62,695 nucleotides of DNA, filler included, from a bacterium (GCA_027063545.1; 9 parts of 9 records of this genome joined end to end with filler, not necessarily neighbours in it), one strand, 5' to 3'. Shown: positions 1 to 10,287, numbered from the whole stretch's first letter. Made by a program: numbers and translations. Notes: generated by a model not told the origin, from the sequence alone.

Positions 1-37
1 CCCTCCCATCTTTTCAGATGATTTTCAAATGGGAGGG
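1..37 (-). terminator. Probable intrinsic terminator hairpin downstream of the GH5 gene
   Basis: CCCTCCCAT...ATGGGAGGG inverted repeat just past the stop of the minus-strand GH5 gene; any U-tract lies beyond the window edge. Confidence 0.6.
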
Positions 38-49
38 AGATAATTTTAT

Positions 50-1873
50 TTATTGAAGTCCTAAAGCTTCAAGTATTCCTGGTAAAGGTTCTCCTGTTTC
101 AGGATCAACTAAATTAAAACCTTTATCAAGTCCCCAATGTTGCCATGGGATTTGTAATGCTTCAAATGCTTTTGTTACATCTCTATAATAGTTAAGTCTA
201 TCTTCAAGTTTAGCATGTCTAGCGTAGGAGCCAAATTCATTACAAATAATAGCCACATTATTTTCAACAGCCCATCTTTTTACTTTTGTCATTCCATTAT
301 AAATAGAGTTATAGTTACCATTTTTATAATAATAATACCATAATGTAGATACCCAATTTGAAACAACATTAGGGTCTACTCCAAAATCTAAAGGATTTTC
401 ACTCCATTTATCCGGAGAATATGGATATGGTATATCATGAACTGTTGTCATACCAGTCCAGCTTGCCCCTTGGTGAGTAAATAGGAAAGGATCATAATTA
501 TGGAATACGTATATTACTTTAGAATCATCCCATGGAGTAGAGCTAGCTAAAATGTCTCTACTATAGTATCCAGTATGTCCAAAGATAATTATATGAGTAG
601 TATCCACACTTCTAATAGAGTCTCTCATAGCTTCAGCAACCTTTACCCATGTCTCTTCTTTTAGAGTTCCATATGTGTCTGTACCAAGTTCAGGTTCATT
701 ACCAAGTTCATAGAATATATCGATTCTAGGATTGTTTTTAAAATGATTAGCAACAATTTTCCAGAGATTAGTAACCATATAAACATATAAAGAATCATTC
801 ATAAAAGGCTCAGCAAAAGTACCATCATATTGATGATAGTCAATAGTAAATGAAAGCCTATATTTAGCAGTCCAAGCTTCTATAGTATCAAGCACAGCAA
901 ATAAAGAAACAGTGTCTACCATAAAGATAGTATCACCAGCTACAAAATCGTATTTATTTATTACATATTGATCTAAGTCAATAGGAATTCTAACACCTTT
1001 AAATCCCCATTGGGCAAGTTTTTGGAATGTTTCTTCAGGATATATAGGTTCTGTATATTTTCTTCCATCTTCCATACCTGTTAAATTAACTCCTTTATCA
1101 AGATATTTCATAGCGATTTCTTGCATAGGATTTGTAATAGTAAGATTGGTTACAGTATCAAGTTCAGGTATTTCTGGGTCTTGAATAGGATAAGTTATTA
1201 CATTTTGATATTCTATTTGTTTCTTGAACGTAATATTATCTAAATATAATATACCAGAATCTCCATCATTACCAGAGATATGAAAACCAATTTCTTTAAT
1301 TGTAGAAAGATCTAAATCTATAGGTGTGCCCCATCCATCTTGCATAAAATCAGACCATTTAATTTGTACTTCTTTCCAGATTGTACTCGCAGAAATTACT
1401 TTGTTATGATAGTCATGATCTTTTACTAAAACAGATTTAATTTGAATTTTATGAGAAGCACCTTTATAATAGTATGAAATACCTTCATAATTGGTTAATA
1501 TGTCAGAAGGCTGCCAAGATGGATCTATAGCTGTTCCAAATCCAACAAAAGGATCATAAGTCCATTCTCCTTTTATTAACTTAAATTTGGCCATTAATCC
1601 ATAATTTGATTTATATCCTTCCCCTATAGAAAGTTCAACACTTGATCCGCCTCCATTACCAGTATCAGTATATTGATACCAGTCTGTTCCTATATTAGTT
1701 TTTAGACTTCCACTTTCAAAATCAGCAAATATAAAATCTTCATCTAAATTTATTCTACTAGTAGAGTCTTCTACCCCTACAACATTATTATTTTCATCTC
1801 TTCCACACGAAAGTAATAGTAAAGTAATAAATATTATTAAAAAACTAAAGCTTAATACTTTAAATCTTTTCAT
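50..1873 (-). CDS. Lipoprotein glycoside hydrolase: CBM11/CIA30-like module plus GH5 catalytic domain (endoglucanase/beta-glucanase-like)
   Basis: True start is likely ATG 1873 (AAGGAGG RBS at about 1878-1884). Lipobox LLLSC; CBM11-like region ADFESG...LYLDNITF; GH5 motifs VRIPID, IDYHQY, ELGNEP (acid/base), HNYDPFLFTHQGASW, CNEFG (nucleophile). Confidence 0.88.
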   Translation of the reverse strand: MKRFKVLSFSFLIIFITLLLLSCGRDENNNVVGVEDSTSRINLDEDFIFADFESGSLKTNIGTDWYQYTDTGNGGGSSVELSIGEGYKSNYGLMAKFKLIKGEWTYDPFVGFGTAIDPSWQPSDILTNYEGISYYYKGASHKIQIKSVLVKDHDYHNKVISASTIWKEVQIKWSDFMQDGWGTPIDLDLSTIKEIGFHISGNDGDSGILYLDNITFKKQIEYQNVITYPIQDPEIPELDTVTNLTITNPMQEIAMKYLDKGVNLTGMEDGRKYTEPIYPEETFQKLAQWGFKGVRIPIDLDQYVINKYDFVAGDTIFMVDTVSLFAVLDTIEAWTAKYRLSFTIDYHQYDGTFAEPFMNDSLYVYMVTNLWKIVANHFKNNPRIDIFYELGNEPELGTDTYGTLKEETWVKVAEAMRDSIRSVDTTHIIIFGHTGYYSRDILASSTPWDDSKVIYVFHNYDPFLFTHQGASWTGMTTVHDIPYPYSPDKWSENPLDFGVDPNVVSNWVSTLWYYYYKNGNYNSIYNGMTKVKRWAVENNVAIICNEFGSYARHAKLEDRLNYYRDVTKAFEALQIPWQHWGLDKGFNLVDPETGEPLPGILEALGLQ

Positions 1874-1899
1874 AAGCCCTCCTTTGGTGAATTTAATTT

Positions 1900-1911
1900 T
1901 TAACCGGTTAA
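1900..1911. promoter_or_regulatory. Perfect palindrome TTAACCGGTTAA, putative operator of the GH5 gene
   Basis: 12-bp palindrome with a CG centre in an otherwise A/T-rich intergenic region, 27-38 nt upstream of the GH5 ATG. Confidence 0.45.
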
Positions 1912-2050
1912 CTTCTATATTATTTAAATTAAAATATTTTTTTATTTTTTTCAAAAAATATGAAAATTTTTTATAAAAAATTATATTTACCATAGGAAAA
2001 GTGATGTTAAATATTTTAAATCTTAAATCAAAAAAAATAGGAGGTATTCC

Positions 2051-2965
2051 ATGATTTATAATAATATATTAGAATTAATAGGTAGGACACCTATAGTTAG
2101 AATAAATAAATTAAAAAATCAAAAAAATAATAATGATCTAATGGTTAAATTAGAATATTTTAACCCAGGGGGATCAATAAAGGATAGAATAGCATTTAGT
2201 ATGATAAATGGTGCTTTAGAAATGGGTGTATTAAAAAAAGGGGGAACAATTATTGAACCTACTTCTGGAAATACAGGTATAGGAATAGCTATGGTTTCTG
2301 CAGCTTTAGGATTTAAAGCGATTTTAGTTATGCCAGAAAACATGAGTAAAGAAAGAATCAAAATCTTAGAACTTTTTGGCGCAGAAATGGTTTTAACTCC
2401 TAAAGAAAAAGGAATGGCTGGAGCTATAGAAAAAGCAAAAGAGTTAAAAGAGAAAATTGAAAATTCTATAATTCTTTCTCAATTTACAAATCATTTAAAT
2501 CCAGAGATACATCGTAAAACTACAGCTGTTGAAATAATAAATGATTTAGAAAGTGAGAATATAAAGCTTGATTATCTTGTTGTTGGAGTTGGAACTGGAG
2601 GAAGTATAACAGGTGTGGGAGAAGTATTAAAGAAAAAATATCCTAATTTGAAAGTTATTGCTGTTGAACCAGCAGAATCTTCAGTTTTAAGTGGTGGTCA
2701 GAAAGGTCCTCATGGTATTCAAGGTATAGGAGCAGGTTTTATCCCAGAAATTTTAAATTTAGATATTATAGACGAAATAATAAAAGTTAAGACTGAAGAT
2801 GCATATGATACTGCAAAGCTTCTTCCTAAAGAAGAAGGAGTTTTTGTAGGAATATCTTCAGGTGCAGTTTTTTATGCAATGAAAGAAATAGACAAAAGAG
2901 AAATTAATAAAGCTATTTTAGGAATTTTAGCTGATACAGGAGAAAGATATTTATCAGTGCTTTAA
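2051..2965 (+). CDS. cysK: Cysteine synthase A (O-acetylserine sulfhydrylase)
   Basis: NPGGSIKDR (PLP lysine), EPTSGNTG, GVGTGGS, HGIQGIGAG; GGAGG RBS. Confidence 0.95.
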   Translation: MIYNNILELIGRTPIVRINKLKNQKNNNDLMVKLEYFNPGGSIKDRIAFSMINGALEMGVLKKGGTIIEPTSGNTGIGIAMVSAALGFKAILVMPENMSKERIKILELFGAEMVLTPKEKGMAGAIEKAKELKEKIENSIILSQFTNHLNPEIHRKTTAVEIINDLESENIKLDYLVVGVGTGGSITGVGEVLKKKYPNLKVIAVEPAESSVLSGGQKGPHGIQGIGAGFIPEILNLDIIDEIIKVKTEDAYDTAKLLPKEEGVFVGISSGAVFYAMKEIDKREINKAILGILADTGERYLSVL

Positions 2966-2966
2966 C

Positions 2967-3752
2967 TTAGATTATTTTGACTCTATTTCTTAGGATACCA
3001 ATATTCTCAACTTCTATTTCCACAATATCATTATTGCTCAAAGGGCCTATTCCAGGAGGAGTTCCTGTTGATATTATATCCCCTGGAAGTAGAGTCATGA
3101 TATTTGAAATAAAAGATACTAACTCAAAAGTTTTAAATATAAAATTTGATGTGCTACTATTTTGAACTATTTTTCCATTAAGAAAGGTTTTTATTTTCAA
3201 ATTATCAGGATTTTTAATCTCTGTTTCTATTAAAGGACCTATAGGTGAAAAAGTATCATAACTTTTAGCTCTTGTCCATTGCCCTTCTTTTTTCTGAATA
3301 TCTCGTGCTGTTACATCATTTAATATTGTATAACCTAAAATACAATCTTTTACTTCATTAGGTTTTTTATTTTTACAAGCTTTACCAATAACAATAGCAA
3401 GCTCGCCCTCATAATCAACTCTACCAATATTATTTTTAAAGACAATAAAATCATTATGTCCAATAATAGCGGTTGGGGGTTTTAAAAATATTATAGGATT
3501 AGGAGGAACTTCCATATTTAGTTCTTTTGCATGATCTATATAGTTAAGACCTACACAAACAATTTTAGAGCTATATACTGGAGGTAAAATTTTTAAATAT
3601 TCTATATTTATATTTTCATTAAAGTAATTTTTTTCGTTTTTTAAATTATATATATCTTTTAAATTCTTTTCTGGAACTATTTTTGTAATTTTATCTTCTT
3701 CCTGAATACCATAAAAGATTTCGTGTTCAATTTTAAATCTAATAACTTTCAT
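2967..3752 (-). CDS. Fumarylacetoacetate hydrolase family protein
   Basis: KIVCVGLNY, DYEGELA, NDVTARD, WTRAKSYDTF, TGTPPG motifs. Confidence 0.93.
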   Translation of the reverse strand: MKVIRFKIEHEIFYGIQEEDKITKIVPEKNLKDIYNLKNEKNYFNENINIEYLKILPPVYSSKIVCVGLNYIDHAKELNMEVPPNPIIFLKPPTAIIGHNDFIVFKNNIGRVDYEGELAIVIGKACKNKKPNEVKDCILGYTILNDVTARDIQKKEGQWTRAKSYDTFSPIGPLIETEIKNPDNLKIKTFLNGKIVQNSSTSNFIFKTFELVSFISNIMTLLPGDIISTGTPPGIGPLSNNDIVEIEVENIGILRNRVKII

Positions 3753-3848
3753 AGCAATTTTAATATAAATTTTATCTATATTATATTGAAAAAATTTTTT
3801 TTTAATTTATCTTAATAAAACACAAAATAAAAATATAAGGAGGAAAAT

Positions 3849-4169
3849 ATGATAATTGTTAATACAGAACAAATACCAGGAAAAAAAATTGTAGAAGTAT
3901 ATGGAGTGGTTTCTGGGTCAACTGTAAGAGCTAAGCATATAGGTAAAGATATTTTAGCTTCGTTAAAGAATATTGTAGGTGGAGAATTAAAAGGCTATAC
4001 AGAGCTACTTGAAGAGGCAAGAGAAACAGCTTTAAATAGAATGATAGAGAAGGCCCAAAAAATGGGAGCTAATGCCATTGTAAATGTGAGATTTGCTACA
4101 TCAAGTATTACTCAAGGCGCTTCAGAAATATATGTTTATGGAACAGCAGTTAAAGTGGAGGACGAATGA
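3849..4169 (+). CDS. YbjQ (UPF0145) family protein
   Basis: LKNIVGGELKGYTELLEEARE...GANAIVNVRF...YGTAV; AAGGAGG RBS. Confidence 0.9.
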   Translation: MIIVNTEQIPGKKIVEVYGVVSGSTVRAKHIGKDILASLKNIVGGELKGYTELLEEARETALNRMIEKAQKMGANAIVNVRFATSSITQGASEIYVYGTAVKVEDE

Positions 4170-4619
4170 ATTTTGATATATTAATAATATTGACTCTTAT
4201 AACTTTAGGATATTTAAGTGGAACATGGGTTGAAAAAAGACATTATAAAAGTATAAGAAATAGAGAAGACAAAGATCCCAGTTTTATCTTTAAAAAATCC
4301 AGACAAGATTATGGAATATAAAAATATAAAAAAAGCTTATTTTGTTTATGGTTCTGTAGTCCTATCTATAGATTATTTTAAGTATACATTTGCCGTTATT
4401 AAATTTTTATTTGGAGGAAATATTTCTGTTTATGAAACTCTTCTTGATAGAGCAAGACGAGAAGCCATTCTTAGAATGATAGAAAATTCTAAAGGTGCAG
4501 ATGTAATAATTAATATAAAAATAGAAACATCTTCTATTTATGGGAGAAGTAATAATAATTTAGGGACAGTTGAAGTTTTAGCATATGGAACTGCTATAAA
4601 ATATGAAGATAACTCCTAA
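4166..4619 (+). pseudogene. Second, membrane-anchored YbjQ-family gene interrupted by a +1 frameshift near 4265-4272 (pseudogene or assembly error)
   Basis: ATG 4166 overlaps the upstream stop (ATGA) and reads MNFDILIILTLITLGYLSGTWVEKRHYKSIRNRE before ending at TAA 4319-4321. The +1 frame continues TKIPVLSLKNPDKIMEY...GSVVLSIDYFK...LDRARREAILRM...YGTA. Confidence 0.7.
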
Positions 4620-5367
4620 AATTCCAATAGAAAACGATATTACCAATACTAATTTTTTAACAGAATTTTTTAAGTTAGTTATTTCTCTAGTTCTTTTAGT
4701 TATTATATTTTATCTTATTCTGACTATAGTATCTAATATTACAATTAAATTTATACCTCTTTCTTGGGAGATAGATCTTTTTCAAAACATGTTTTTGTCT
4801 TCAATTGAAAATGAAATAAATGATAAAAATACTCGAAGACTTGATAGTATCTTTAATAAGATAAAAGCATTCATCTACTATAAAAGAACATTAGGCAATG
4901 TTAATATAAAAGTATTTGCAGTTAAAAGTAAAAAGATAAATGCAGCAGCACTTCCTGGAGGAATTATTATAGTAAGTGATAAATTAATAGATCTATGTGG
5001 TAGTGAAGATGAACTGATCTTTATAATAGGGCACGAGCTTGGTCATTTTTATCACAGAAATCATCTTAAAGTTATGGGTAAAACAATTATAATAGGAATA
5101 ATTAATTTAGTTTTTAACATATCTAATATAAATACTTACATTATTAATCATGTTTTTAATGGATTGAATCTTTCTTATTCCAGAAAAGAAGAAATAAAAG
5201 CTGATACATATGGAGGGTTATTGTTAAAGGAAATGAAAGGCAATGTTAAAAGTGGAATTTTAGTTTTTAATAAACTAAAAAGGATATATAATTTAGGAAA
5301 TTTTGTCTATCTTTTTTCTACGCATCCGAATTTTAAGATGAGAATAAAACATCTCGAGTCGTTATAA
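4603..5367 (+). CDS. M48 family zinc metallopeptidase
   Basis: NAAALPGG, HELGH, YSRKEEIKAD, STHP; N-terminal TM helix. Confidence 0.9.
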   Translation: MKITPKIPIENDITNTNFLTEFFKLVISLVLLVIIFYLILTIVSNITIKFIPLSWEIDLFQNMFLSSIENEINDKNTRRLDSIFNKIKAFIYYKRTLGNVNIKVFAVKSKKINAAALPGGIIIVSDKLIDLCGSEDELIFIIGHELGHFYHRNHLKVMGKTIIIGIINLVFNISNINTYIINHVFNGLNLSYSRKEEIKADTYGGLLLKEMKGNVKSGILVFNKLKRIYNLGNFVYLFSTHPNFKMRIKHLESL

Positions 5368-5424
5368 AAAAATTTTTATAATTAATTTTTTATAATTTTA
5401 GTAAATTATTTTATTTTTATATAC

Positions 5425-5805
5425 ATGATATACTTATATGTAATGATAGGTGGAGCATTTGGTGCTTCTTTAAGATATTTAATCTCAAGTAAAGTAAATC
5501 AAATACTTGTTTCTAAACTTCTTTTTCCTTGGGGGACATTTGCAGTTAATATAATAGGATCTTTAATAATTGGAATATTAATGGGATTATTTGAGTTTAA
5601 AGAGGTGTCTCCTGAGATTCGTCTTATGTTTATCACAGGTTTTTTGGGGGCTTTAACCACATTTTCTTCATTTAGTTATGAGACTTTCTCTTTATTTAGA
5701 GATGGAGATATAAAACTTGCTTTATTGAATATTATTTTAAATAATCTATTTTGTATTCTGTTTACTTTTATAGGTTATAGAATTATTTTATTAATAAAAG
5801 GTTAA
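5425..5805 (+). CDS. crcB: Fluoride efflux channel Fluc/CrcB
   Basis: GGAFGASLRY, PWGTFAVNIIGS, GFLGALTTFSSF. Confidence 0.95.
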   Translation: MIYLYVMIGGAFGASLRYLISSKVNQILVSKLLFPWGTFAVNIIGSLIIGILMGLFEFKEVSPEIRLMFITGFLGALTTFSSFSYETFSLFRDGDIKLALLNIILNNLFCILFTFIGYRIILLIKG

Positions 5806-5834
5806 AATACAAAGAGTAAAAGTGGAGAGTATTA

Positions 5835-6170
5835 ATGGAATATTTAGATTTTTCTAAGGAATCTATATTAAAAATATATATCTCAGAATTAGATAAAGCA
5901 GAAGGTAAGCCCTTATATGAGTTTATTATGTATAAAGCAAAAGAGTTTAAACTTTCTGGAATTACTATATATAAAGGGATAATGGGGTATGGAAGGCATT
6001 TTCATATTCATACAGATAAAATTTTAACTTTATCAGAGAATCTTCCTATTATAATTGAGATAGTTGATGAAGAAAAAAGATTGATTGAATTTATTCAGTA
6101 TATAAAAGATTATATAAAAGAAGGTATAATTTCCCTTGAGGATGTAAGGGTAATGAGAATAAGAGATTAA
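5835..6170 (+). CDS. DUF190 family (PII-like) protein
   Basis: KIYISE...GITIYKGIMGYG...LSENLPIIIEIVD; usual partner downstream of crcB. Confidence 0.88.
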   Translation: MEYLDFSKESILKIYISELDKAEGKPLYEFIMYKAKEFKLSGITIYKGIMGYGRHFHIHTDKILTLSENLPIIIEIVDEEKRLIEFIQYIKDYIKEGIISLEDVRVMRIRD

Positions 6171-6174
6171 TAAT

Positions 6175-7081
6175 ATGAGAATAAAAACAAAAATGTTGAG
6201 AAGAGAGTTTATTTTATTTTTTATTATTTTTTTCTTAAAAACAATTTTAGTTTTTTCAGCCTCTATTGATATTAATATTATTAAAAAGACTTATTTTGAT
6301 AGTGTTGAAAGCTTTAAGTTAGAAAATGGACTTAAGGTTGTTTTAATTAAAAAAAATTCTGCTCCTATTGTTTCCTGTAGAATTATATATAAGGTTGGTT
6401 CCAGATTTGAGGAGACTGGATATACTGGAATATCCCATATGCTTGAGCATATGATGTTTAAAGGTACTAAAAAACTTGGCACAAAGGATTACAAACTTGA
6501 CTCTTTGGTATGGGTAAAGATTGATAGTTTATATCCATTAATGATGAACTTTTTGGAGAATTCTGATTCTCTAATGTATAAAAGAGTAAAAAATGAGTAT
6601 GATTCTTTAATGAATATTAATAATAAAATTGCAATAAAAAATCACTACTTTTTACTTATGGATAAAGAAGGGGCTCAAGATGTAAATGCTTATACAACAA
6701 AGGATGGAACATTTTATTTTGCTACTCTTCCTAAAAATAAATTGGAATTATTTTTTGCTACAGAAAGCGATAGAATGATAAATAGTACATTTAGAGAGTT
6801 TTATACGGAAAGAAGTGTTGTAAGAGAGGAAAGAAGAAGAAGATATGAAAATAGACCAAGGGGAATGGCTTGGGAGAAGTTAATTGCTTATAGTTATATA
6901 TCCCATCCATATAGAAATCCTGTTATTGGTTGGGGTGATGATATAGAAAATTATACAATAGATTACTTAAGATCATACTATAAAAAATATTATGCGCCTA
7001 ATAATGCTATTTTAGTCGTTGTAGGTGATATTGATTTTAATAAAACAAAAAAATTGATAAATAAATACTTTTCTCATATTC
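6175..7081 (+). CDS. M16 (pitrilysin-family) zinc protease, 3'-truncated at contig end
   Basis: Signal peptide; LENGLKV, GISHMLEHMMFKGT (HxxEH), NAYTT, ERSVVREE, YYAPNNA. Confidence 0.9.
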
Positions 7082-7181
7082 NNNNNNNNNNNNNNNNNNN
7101 NNNNNNNNNNNNNNNNNNNNNNNNNTTAATTAATTAANNNNNNNNNNNNNNNNNNNNNNNNNNNNNNNNNNNNNNNNNNNN
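7082..7181. other. Artificial contig linker
   Basis: N44-TTAATTAATTAA-N44 (stop codons in all six frames). Confidence 0.98.
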
Positions 7182-7860
7182 CTCTTTTGATAATAGTTTT
7201 TTCTTTTTTACAGATTCATCAAAAGTAGAGGACTTTTCTCAAAATAGCGAGATAGGTATTGTGTTTGATCCAAGGTTTAATTATACTAGATTTATTATAT
7301 TTAGAAACTTTTATTATTCAAATCATTTTGATAATACATATTCTCTTTCTGCTACAGCAACAATAGAAAAAGGTTATAGAATTGAGAAAAAATTATCCAA
7401 TGATAATTTAGAGATAGATTTAAATACTGAAATTTCAAACTACAAATATAAAATGGTTGAGGATACCCTATCTAATATTAATCGCTATTTTTATGAGAAT
7501 AAAATAAAAATTTTAAATTTTTCTCCATTTTATATTATCCCAGCATATTCTATTGAGAAGAAAGAGGAGCTTTTATTTAATGATAAAGTGTATTTTTACA
7601 GCATTTTCCCAACATTTGAGTATAAAAAGCATCTAATTTTTTCAACCACATTAAAAATAACCTATAGATATTTAGGAAATGATAGTATTTCAACATACAA
7701 ATATATTGAAGACTATATAAAAGGTTATAACTATGATATTACTTCCAATATAATGTATAATACAAAGGCAAATTTAAATATAAGTGGAAATTACACTTAT
7801 AAGATAAGAGGGGATAGAAGATGGCAACTTCTCTCATTAAGTATATTGTATTATTTTTAA
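7182..7860 (+). CDS. C-terminal part of a probable outer-membrane beta-barrel protein (5'-truncated)
   Basis: Frame is open from the contig edge; alternating beta-strand pattern, Tyr-rich, ends in Phe (LSLSILYYF). Confidence 0.5.
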
Positions 7861-9437
7861 TAATTTTTTTTAATTTTTTATACTCAAAAAACCTTCAGCT
7901 TATAGAAGTTGATAGTTCATTTAATGATATAGACTTTTCTAAGAAGTATAAAATAAAGATAATTGGAATTGATAGCTTGGTTAAAGATAGTGTTTTTTAT
8001 TATTGGAATATATACTCGCTTAAAGATTCCCTGTCAAAAGAGACTTTGAATAAATTTTTAAAAAAAATTACAAATATATATGAAGATATAGGGTATCTTG
8101 ATGTTAAAATAGTTTATAAGGGTATGGAACCTTTTTTTTTTATCTTATTTGAAAAAGGAAATCCCTATAAAGTTAAAATAATAGAAAAGAGAAAAGGAAG
8201 TTTTTCAATATTTTATATAGGAGACTATAATAAAAAAATTCTAGAGTATTTATTTTACAAAAGATTAGAAAATTTAAAAAAAATAGGATATTTAAATTCA
8301 TATATTTCCCTGGATTCTGCATTTAAGTTTAATGATACTTTATATATTTATACTCACATAGAAAATGGCAATTCCATAAATATTGATAGTATATTTGTTA
8401 ATCCTAAAAAATATAATAGATCATTTTTTAAAACTATTATTTTATCTTTAGGTTCTTCTTACAAAGAGATAAATAAAAATTGTTCAAAAGTGGAGAAGAC
8501 CTTTGATATTAAGATAGAAGATTCTATAATATATATAAATAAAGATAAAGGAATATTAAATTTATATATAAAAGAATTAAGAAAAAATTCTTTAAAAACA
8601 ACATTTTATATGGATAGCTCAACATTTTTATATAATGTAAATATATATCTAAACAATCTTTATGGTTATCCTAATACATTAAGACTTTATGCAAATAAAT
8701 TCAATAATTTTACCCAAAAGTATAAAATAGAATTTTCATCTATTGTAAGTTATAATATGTCTATTTCTCTCCATTTGGGTGGAGATGTATTTATTTATGA
8801 TACAACAAATATTGAAAAAAACTATACAATGGGATTTTCTAGACCAATTAAAGATGAAAATAGATTTAAAATAGATATATCCTATAAAAATCTTGAAAAA
8901 AATAATGTTTATTTTAATAAATTCTACACTCTACAAATAAATTTTTACAATAAAATATACGATTCCTTATTTTACAAACACAGATTTAAAATATCTTTTA
9001 GCATAATATCAGATAAAAATAAAAATTTTTCCAATAGTTTAACATTTAAATACACTTTTCCATTAACATACAGGAGTTTTCTTTATAGAGGAGAGTATAA
9101 CTATTTGAAAAATTTCTATTTTAACTATTACGATTATTTTGCTTATATTATATCACCAGAGGTTGTAAGAGGTTATAAATCTTTTATTATATATCCTGAA
9201 GAGGTTTTATCTTTAAAAAATAGTATTGGAGTTATAAAAGGAAGAAGTTTCTTTTATATATTCTATGATTATTGTATTACAAGGGATATTACAGATGAAA
9301 TAGGAAAGTACAAAGGCTATGGAGTAGGTTTTGAAATAGTAAAGAATAGTTTTCTACTTATGTTTTTAGTAGGTTATAACAGAGAAGTTTATCTTTACAA
9401 TCCACTTATAACAGTAAGCTTTACCTACTTTCTTTAA
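7821..9437 (+). CDS. Divergent Omp85 (BamA/TamA)-like outer membrane protein
   Basis: Signal peptide; POTRA-like YEDIGYLDVKI and LKKIGYLNSYI; NNLYGYP barrel start; VRGY motif; GYGVGF near the C-terminus. Confidence 0.6.
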   Translation: MATSLIKYIVLFLIIFFNFLYSKNLQLIEVDSSFNDIDFSKKYKIKIIGIDSLVKDSVFYYWNIYSLKDSLSKETLNKFLKKITNIYEDIGYLDVKIVYKGMEPFFFILFEKGNPYKVKIIEKRKGSFSIFYIGDYNKKILEYLFYKRLENLKKIGYLNSYISLDSAFKFNDTLYIYTHIENGNSINIDSIFVNPKKYNRSFFKTIILSLGSSYKEINKNCSKVEKTFDIKIEDSIIYINKDKGILNLYIKELRKNSLKTTFYMDSSTFLYNVNIYLNNLYGYPNTLRLYANKFNNFTQKYKIEFSSIVSYNMSISLHLGGDVFIYDTTNIEKNYTMGFSRPIKDENRFKIDISYKNLEKNNVYFNKFYTLQINFYNKIYDSLFYKHRFKISFSIISDKNKNFSNSLTFKYTFPLTYRSFLYRGEYNYLKNFYFNYYDYFAYIISPEVVRGYKSFIIYPEEVLSLKNSIGVIKGRSFFYIFYDYCITRDITDEIGKYKGYGVGFEIVKNSFLLMFLVGYNREVYLYNPLITVSFTYFL

Positions 9438-10275
9438 TTAAAAGTTTATATAATCTAGAATCTATAGGAATAACAAGAATAGAAGATGAATCTATAGTAT
9501 TTTCAAAAAACAGAAGATTTTCATATAATTTAAAGAATTTTTTATTCTTAGAGTAGGCATTTGAATATATAAAATAAGCTAGAGAATCTCCTTCTGCTTT
9601 TATATATTGAGCAGTTTTCTGAGCGTATGCTAAGATACTATCCCTCTCTCTATTTGTTTGAGCAATAATTTTTTGAGCAATCTCTTTACCTTCTGCCCTA
9701 TATTTAGAAGCCATAGCCATACGTTCAGCCTCAATTCTTTTATAAACATTTTTTAAATTTTCCTTTGGAAGATCACTTTTTTTAATTCTAACATCAACAA
9801 TTTCTATACCTAATTTAGAAGCTTTTTTATTAGAATTTATCTTAACCTTTTCCATCATTTCATCTTTTTCTTTTATTACTTCAGATAATGTATAATTACC
9901 AATAACATTTCTTATTTCAGAGAAAATTATTTCATGAAGTCTTAAATTTGCATTTTCTAGGGTTTTTACACTCATTTCAAAGGTATCTGGAGCAGCTATT
10001 CTCCAACAAGCATAATTATCAATAACAAGAGTCTTTTTATCTTTTGTAATTATCTCTGTTGGTTGAGCATCATATATAAGAAGTCTTTTTTCGTACTTTT
10101 CAACTTGCCACCATGGAAGTTTAAAATGTAATCCAGCGGTTTTTTCAACCTTTATAATCTTACCAAACTCTTTTACAACAACCTGCTCCGATTCATCAAC
10201 AGAGTACAATGAAAAATAAGCAAAAATTCCTAAAATAAGAATTATAAACAAATATAATATAAACTTTCCTTTCAT
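9421..10275 (-). CDS. hflC: FtsH protease modulator HflC
   Basis: SPFH domain, GLHFKLP, TKDKKTLVIDNY, LGIEIVDVRIK, AERMAMA..YRAEG. Confidence 0.92.
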   Translation of the reverse strand: MKGKFILYLFIILILGIFAYFSLYSVDESEQVVVKEFGKIIKVEKTAGLHFKLPWWQVEKYEKRLLIYDAQPTEIITKDKKTLVIDNYACWRIAAPDTFEMSVKTLENANLRLHEIIFSEIRNVIGNYTLSEVIKEKDEMMEKVKINSNKKASKLGIEIVDVRIKKSDLPKENLKNVYKRIEAERMAMASKYRAEGKEIAQKIIAQTNRERDSILAYAQKTAQYIKAEGDSLAYFIYSNAYSKNKKFFKLYENLLFFENTIDSSSILVIPIDSRLYKLLIKESR

Positions 10276-10287
10276 TTATTTTATCTC

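Noticed and set aside
1874..1993. 40-aa N-terminal extension of the GH5 ORF in the track
   Set aside because: The strong RBS and signal peptide begin at ATG 1873; the extension is AT-rich promoter DNA.
5368..5424. Fluoride riboswitch upstream of crcB
   Set aside because: The leader is almost pure A/T with no GGCGAUGG/CUAAUGA-like core.
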